A stretch of DNA of 64,000 bases from Guillardia theta CCMP2712 (lineage: Eukaryota; Protista; Cryptophyta): contig NW_005434636.1 in assembly GCF_000315625.1 (NCBI RefSeq), positions 62,001 to 126,000 on the forward strand. Reading direction: 5' to 3'. This document shows positions 57,437-64,000 of the stretch, piece by piece. Under the pieces are notes generated by a model, which did not search any database, was not told the DNA's origin, and saw nothing but the letters and a program-made list of their open reading frames with translations. Numbering within the stretch: position 1 is the stretch's first letter; the number at the start of each line of letters is the position of its first letter. Made by a program: the position numbers and the translations under genes.

Positions 57437-59058
57437 TCAAAATTGAGCCAAAGAATAAATGAGAATACACTCTGTTGCAAACCTAGGCGTTTTCTCGCTC
57501 TGGCGCAGTTCAACCTCAAGCTGCAACTCAGGGTCAGATTGGGGGATCAAAGACACAAAACTACCAATCACCTCTTCTGCTCGTTTTGTTACCAACTCAC
57601 AGTCTTCGAGCATTTTCACGATCTGTCAACTGAGATCAGGGCATGCATTCAACGCAATCACAAGGTGCGGGAGTCAAACATATAGCTGAGTCACTCACAT
57701 CTTCCTTGGACTTTCTCCACATCCAAGATGCTCGTTGCTTTCCTCTACGAAGTCTCAGATCGCCTGATTCATCGCCCAACTTCCAGTAGGTCTCAATGCT
57801 CGACATGATGTCATTCACTCCTTCCTTGGTTTGGGCAGAGCATGTCAGCACGTCACTTTTCCACCACTTGTGTCCGGCTCCCCCCCTCAGAAACTGCAGA
57901 GCAGAACGACATTCGCTCTGAGCCTTCTTGGCCAGGAGCTTGAGGTCGCCATCAGCCTTGTTAATGACTATCAGATCTGCCGCTTCCATGATTCCTCTCT
58001 TGATGCCCTGCAGCTCGTCGCCGCCGACGGGCGGGAGCAGCAAGATGAACATGTCTGCAACCTCTGAGACGAGGACCTCGCTCTGCCCTACTCCGACGGT
58101 TTCAATCAGGATGACGTCAAACCCCGCAGTCTCGCATAGAAGCACGACTTCGTCCGTATGCTGCGACAGCCCTCCCAAACTTCCTCCGGTGGCACAAGGA
58201 CGGATGTATGCGTTGGGATGCGCCGCCAAATCGTTCATCCTCGTCTTGTCGCCAAGAATCGATCCTCGAGATATCTGAGATGACGGATCCACCGCAATCA
58301 CTGCGACTCTGCACAACAACGTCATTCTCTGCTTTCATCTTACAGTCAGAAAGTTGCTTGCCTATGTCCTTTCTGCACAAGCTCGATACCCAATGCCTCG
58401 ATAAACGTGGACTTGCCGACTCCCGGCGGACCTGAGATCCCAAGGCGGATCGAAGATCGAGCTGTGATGGAAACATCAGATCAAAATATCCTTTAGGCTA
58501 CCATAGCTCTACCTGGGTTCCTATAGTTCCTCTGTTTCATCACCTTGAGCGCGACGTCAAGAATCTTCATCCGCATGTCAGGGATCGCCCAAAATGCAAT
58601 ATCAGGATATCCAACCTCTGAGCCCTTCTGTCGGTGTTCCTCTTTATTGGACTCTATCATCGTGATAACCCTGCTGAGAACAAATCTGCCATAGCAGTGT
58701 GAACATTGCTGATAGATGGGGTGTATGAGTACCTGTTGTGATCAATGATGTCTTGGGCCATCTTCGATGTCAAGTCTGGCTCTGCGTCTGTGCTCATTGC
58801 ACAGCTCTGAGATGATGGAGAGAAACGAACACCATGGAGTGCGTTCCTCGAGAAACACCAGGGCAATCCAGGCAAGGGGGAGGAATTCGTAGCTGGGGAC
58901 AAAGTGAAGAAGCGACTGAGACAAGAACGGGAGGATTGATGCGAAACCAGACGTGATGTGCAGACGGAAAGATGAGGGAGATGGGGGGAGGGAGTCAGGA
59001 GCAGTTTGATCATTCTTTGCGAGCGACCCTTCGCCATAGCCCTCGTTGCTGCCGCCAT
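57437..59058 (-). CDS. MMAA: Methylmalonyl-CoA mutase-associated GTPase MMAA/MeaB, mitochondrial
   Basis: [18 protein letters not shown]...[32 protein letters not shown] and NKADG. Basic presequence lacking acidic residues. Confidence 0.95.
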
Positions 59059-59899
59059 CGCTGCGTTACGGCTCTACAAAGTCACAGCTTGAATCGATTC
59101 GAACACGTAAATGACACGTAAGAACGGTTTTAATTGGTTCAATTCGGTTTAAAGTGTTAGTGCTAGCTGGAAGTCGTGGTCCTGCCTCTATTTTTTTTTC
59201 AAAAATATTCCTACCCCGCCTAGCAGATGCCCCACCCACCCATTGCATGGCCAACAGTTCAACCCACCACCCTACCTAGTCGACTTGATTTATTAAGAGT
59301 ACCCATAAAATTCCCCTAAAAATAACCCCTAAAAAATTAATACTACCCCATGTTTGCAACAAGACCTGAAAGTCCCACCCCACCTACAGAGCTTTTGAAT
59401 TTTAACGTCGAAAATGCGCGGGCATTTCGCTCATGATCGATATGAGGAAAGAGAGGAAGAGGAAGGAGAGGAGAATGTCAGCATGGCAGACACAAAGGGA
59501 CCGAAGCGAGATGCTAGCAGAACGAGGATGACGACAAGGACGAGGAGAGATTCATGATGGGTTTAGGAGCAATGAAGCAGGAAGCGAGTACGAAATGATG
59601 TTCAAGAGCAGACAAGAAGTGCGTGAGACAAGAAGTGCGCAAAGGCAACCATAAAGTTGTATTGTAGGAAGAAGAGGGAGAAAAAGTCAAACAGAACACC
59701 AATCAACAGAAATATTTTTTTTTAGGTCGGACTGGATGACAAGGCACATTGCTTCATAGTCGGGTTCTGATGATCCCTTGTAGTATCACGAGGACACAAG
59801 CATAGAGCAGGGAACTAGCACGGGATAGAAGGGATACTATTGGAAGATTCAAGTATTCCTATGGTGGCAGAGGTCAAGCTAACAAGCCCTTTCCTGTAG

Positions 59900-62800
59900 A
59901 TGGACTCTCCGAACGTATCGGTCACCGACGACTCGTTGGATCATTCCAAGATGGATAGAAGGCAGAAGCTTTTGCTCTGGCAACAACAGAAAGCTGCGTC
60001 CAAGAAGGAAAACAAGGGAACGTCAGTGAACGCAGCCAAGATCTCCTCTCCTGCAGGTATGCTGGAAAAATAGCGTGATCTCCTTTGACTGTCCTCGCTT
60101 TCCAGATATCAAGCAAGGAAAGAGAGAAGGGTTGACGGTCATCACTAACAAGCAAGCAAATCAAAGAAACAGTATCCTCTCTTCGGCCTCCAAAGCAAAA
60201 GGTTCTGTTCAATCTGTTACGCCGCGGATCCAAAAGAACAAACCAGCGGAGAAGACTGTTTTGAGCGTGGGAAAGGTACGCGCAGCCTGTATATTACGAG
60301 TGTTCTGAATGCAGCTGCTTAATAGACTTCTGCATCAAAGAGAGAGAAAACGGTTGCAAGCGCTCAGAAGACGCGAGCAGCCGCGGGAACCAGAAGGGCG
60401 GCGCAGAAGCAGAAGAGCTCGGATGAGAATACTTGTCTGGAGAATGTAATGGAGGCCAGTCAGTCGACTAACAGAGCTTCACTTGATGCATCAGCTGCTG
60501 CAGAAATGCCTGAGACTCAGGTGAAACAGAAAGACTTTTCTGAATCCACCATCTTCCCAAACCTGCCTCTGTTGTTTTCCTTGACCTGCTCCTCCTCCTC
60601 CTCCTCCTCCTCCATGGTGAAAATCATGGCGTCTAAATGTCCTCTTGCACAGGTCGATGAACAATCGGCCATGGAGGAAACTACTGTCGAGTCTGAGATC
60701 GCTGATCTCAATATGTACCTCGTCCCTGCCGACGATGAAGAAGAGGCGATGGCGTCGGAAAGCGAGAAGGCAGAGGACCCGAACGAAGATTTAGAGGCTG
60801 AGGTTCAGCAAGTCACCAAGGAGCTGAGCGCCTCCACTCCCAAGACTAGACGAGTTCTTCAGAGCGAAGACGTCTTCACACCCGAGAGCGATCACGGTGA
60901 GGAGACGATTGTTGATCTTCGGGGGCTGAAGAGGGCAAATAGGAACGGAAGAGAGCAACAACCAGACTAATGTTGCTCCGGTGAACGCTGGTGAGAAACT
61001 AGTTGTTCCTCACTATTCCTTTGCTGACGAAATGAATTTGAAGACGAAGTGCGAAGCAATCTGCAAGGAACGCAGATCAGCCCTCTTGCGAACAAGTAGT
61101 CTTGCCCTTGCTTCCTCCTGCCCGCTAACACATGTTACCCAACAGCTCCACTCCAGACAATGATGGGCGTGCATCTTCCGATCGAGAATCCAGCAGCAAG
61201 AGAAGGTCTCAGCATCATATGATGCCGTCACTATCGGATTGGAGGCCTTATACGCTCTTTTACAGGCGCTCAGGAATGATGGCTTTCACCCTTTCCGCCT
61301 CCGGCTTGACTCCGCTTTCAAGAAACTCTGCCCGAGATAGGTGAATCAACCTTCATCCAGTCTACTTCTTATTCAGTTCCAGGATGGCGGAGGCGATGCA
61401 GGACGATCACAATGACCTTGACCAAGATAAATCCAACTACCTCCGAGTATGGAAATTCGGAGATTCAGAGATTCATCACCTGCATAGCCCTTCCAAAGAC
61501 AGCTCGCAGGGAACTGCCCCGTCTTCGGACGATTCTGACGCAGCCGGTGCTCTCTCGCTAACTGTAACTGTCCTCCTTACCTTGTAACCAGCACACAACA
61601 TTGCGAACTCATGCTTGACTCCACGAGGGATGCGGAAAACTGGTTGAAAATGAGCCTTGGTAGGGATCTTTTGACTTGTACCTCAGGCATCTCAGGGACG
61701 CCTCTCCGCATCGCATCTCCAGCCGCTCTCTCGGAACCAGCAGCTCGTGTTACCCCATCACCACGGGCATGTATCAGTGTGCCTTTGTAGTGCGGTGACG
61801 CCTGTGCTCGCAGGGATCGGCCGCTAAGAGCATCTCCTTTGACAATGCCAGCGACCGATTGGGAACTAACGACGAAGTCGTGCTTCCTCGAACGCCCGGC
61901 AGCGCCATGAGACCCGCTCTCTCCCCCATCCCGCAGGTAATCCGGCGATGTCTGCTGCTGTGTGGTGACGCATGGCAGGAGGAGGAGGAAGACGATGAGG
62001 CAGAGGGAAGGAAACAATCCATGGAAGGTGCAAAGACCTTCAAGACTTCGGGATCGGGTTGACCTTAACATTAGGAGCTCAAGAGAATCGCACCGTTGCT
62101 GCTGTCACTCCCGGGGGGCACAGGAGGAGGACGGGGATCTCGGGCACTCCGGTATGTTGCCAGCTGGTTGGGAGACGGGGGCTGACAGCAGCGTTGAAGA
62201 TGAGGCTCTCCCACCTCGTCCAGGACACGATCTCGAGCTCTTGCAAGAAGAAGCGGGCGAGACAGAGCCAAGACGTCGCACACTCCTCTGATCTCAACAC
62301 GGAGACATCTGGCTCCATCATCGAGCGGGTCTGGCGCTGACCCTCCTCTTCTTGCCCTCCCTCATCCTCACCTTAGGCGAAAGTCCGTGCAACGGCAGCG
62401 CAAAAGGAAGAGCTGGGAACAGACTATGTCTTGACTCCCGTCCGAAGGTGCCTGCTACCCGATGCTCTCACGGCGACTCGGCTGAGCAACTTGTAGATCT
62501 GGGAGGAAGAAGAGCGGATGGAGCATCGAGGATGCCACTTGCATCCGTGAAGAGCTCATGACAACCGGGTGACTGTCTCCTCGCCTCTTCTTGTTCGACC
62601 TCGTGATGAGAATGATCAGGTATGCCTATCAGCCCAACAAAGCGCTTTCGATGCTGGACGCTTTTGACAACGCTAAGGTCCTGCTTCTTTCCTCCTACTC
62701 TCCCTCCAAACCCTCCCTCGCCATTCCCATTCCTCAACAACCTCTTCCTTGGCCTCCTTTCGGAATTTCCTACCACCGTTCCTCCTCTTGTCCTCGTCTT

Positions 62801-63204
62801 CTCTTCACCTCTTCTCCAATAATCTCCCTCTACTTGCTCGTGCTCGGTTAAACGCCTGACAGGATTCTCCCACCGCTGAGCCACAAGAGGCAGTAGCCAG
62901 CCCCCTGCCCGAGCAGACGCCAAAGAGATCGGCGAGGAAGAAGAAGGAAGAGGCCCCGCTATCCAGCCCCAGCGACCCCCCGAGGTCCACTCGACGAACT
63001 TCGAGGGCGTCAACGACCCCCGGGAAAGAGGTGGGGGATCCTTCGTCCATCGCGAAGAAGCGACAGCAGCTCAAGGCAAAGCTCGCAGCAGGTTTGACTC
63101 CTGCTTCTCTCTCGTTGAAGACTGATGCTGGGTTGCAGCATCTCCCCTTCACAGTCCGAGAAAGTGATGAGACAGCAACGACAAGTCTCGGCAAGTGTTA
63201 CTAA
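59900..63204 (+). CDS. Large low-complexity, S/T-P-rich protein with CKAP2-like motifs (multi-exon)
   Basis: N-terminal RRQKLLLWQQQK; spliced C-terminal LGTDYVLTPVR|RSGR...LMTTG|YAYQPNKAL; last exon ends ...SLGKCY* at 63204. Confidence 0.55.
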
Positions 63205-63280
63205 CCATAAACAATATAACGCGGGATTGAAAGTGAACAAGGAAGAGAGAAGGCAAAGTGGCAGATGGAGCTGAGAAGGC

Positions 63281-63881
63281 TCAGACGGGGATGGGGATGT
63301 TGTTTGCAAACTCTTGGAAATGAATCTCAACAAAGATCGACTTGTCATCTTCCTGAAAGAGATCATTGAAGTCAGTGAGGCGAAAGGATATGCATGATAA
63401 CACGGAGTGCCACCTCCTCCGTCCTGTTGCTCAGCATGTCCATGATGTCGCCTGCATCGAGGTCAGGAGCCAGCAGCCACCGCTCTGCCTCGACTTCGCG
63501 TGCAGATGGCGAGAGGATCAAGCTCTTCGATGTGCGAGCATCTCCAGACGACCCATGCGGAGCTGCCGATGCCACGTCAGCTCAGCAGGAGGAAGGGAAG
63601 AGTACGTGGTGAATGTGTAGGGAGAGCTCTGCGAGATGTTGAGATTCATTTGAGTCCTGCCAAAGTCTTAGAGGAAGGCGAGCAGAGGAGAGAAGGAACA
63701 CGATGAGAGCAAGGGGGCGGAATGAGGGACAATGAGGGAGGGTGAGATAGATGGAGCAGACCCGAGGTCCCAGAAGGTCTCGTTGAGCGAGTTAAATCGA
63801 CGGCTAAGGCCAGTCGAGCACTGGGTGAGAGTCCAGTTGGTGTCCTGGTCAAGGACAGTTGAGCTACAGGAGGGATTTGGG

Positions 63882-63923
<42 letters not shown>

Positions 63924-64000
63924 CTGACTGAGACGGCGAATATTGACAGCCCACTCGTTATGTGCAAGGGTGGAACCTGTGCAGGACGCTCTCAGCGCAA
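63281..64000 (-). CDS. 3' part of a hypothetical multi-exon gene running off the window
   Basis: Exon fragments (EAERWLLAPDLDAGDIMDMLSNRTEE; DLFQEDDKSIFVEIHFQEFANNIPIPV*) with short introns. Confidence 0.4.
63883..63923. repeat. (GGACGA)n microsatellite, probably intronic
   Basis: Seen directly in the sequence. Confidence 0.9.

Overview
Gene-dense, intron-rich eukaryotic nuclear DNA, not prokaryotic. Short (~45-55 nt) GT-AG introns, often with CTGAC-like branch points, and two genes with bipartite signal peptide + Phe(+1) plastid presequences suggest an alga with a red-derived secondary plastid, most likely a cryptophyte such as Guillardia (inference). About 20 protein-coding genes can be reconstructed by manual splicing. 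They include a tandem winged-helix protein, a TM-TPR protein, a class I cyclic-nucleotide phosphodiesterase, an SH3-PDZ-ankyrin protein, a full-length SMCHD1/GMI1-like protein (UBL-GHKL-BAH-Ig-hinge, with an extra Tudor-like module), SUMO, an RRM protein, plastid ALB3, a 70-aa microprotein, SMC3, plastid LPAAT, BCKDH E1-beta, a GPI-anchored Frizzled-type CRD protein, a very large TPR protein with cyanobacterial-style repeats, an Mtd1-type methylene-THF dehydrogenase, MMAA/MeaB and a CKAP2-like protein. The most notable items are (1) the SMCHD1-like gene, which is head-to-head with SUMO and has a frame switch at a G7 run, and (2) an apparent orientation-dependent intergenic grammar: GTGAC/GAGTC clusters just after stop codons in tail-to-head spacers, and TACCC/GGGTA clusters in upstream or divergent spacers. 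There are two N gaps. Exon boundaries were derived by eye, and no database searches were run.
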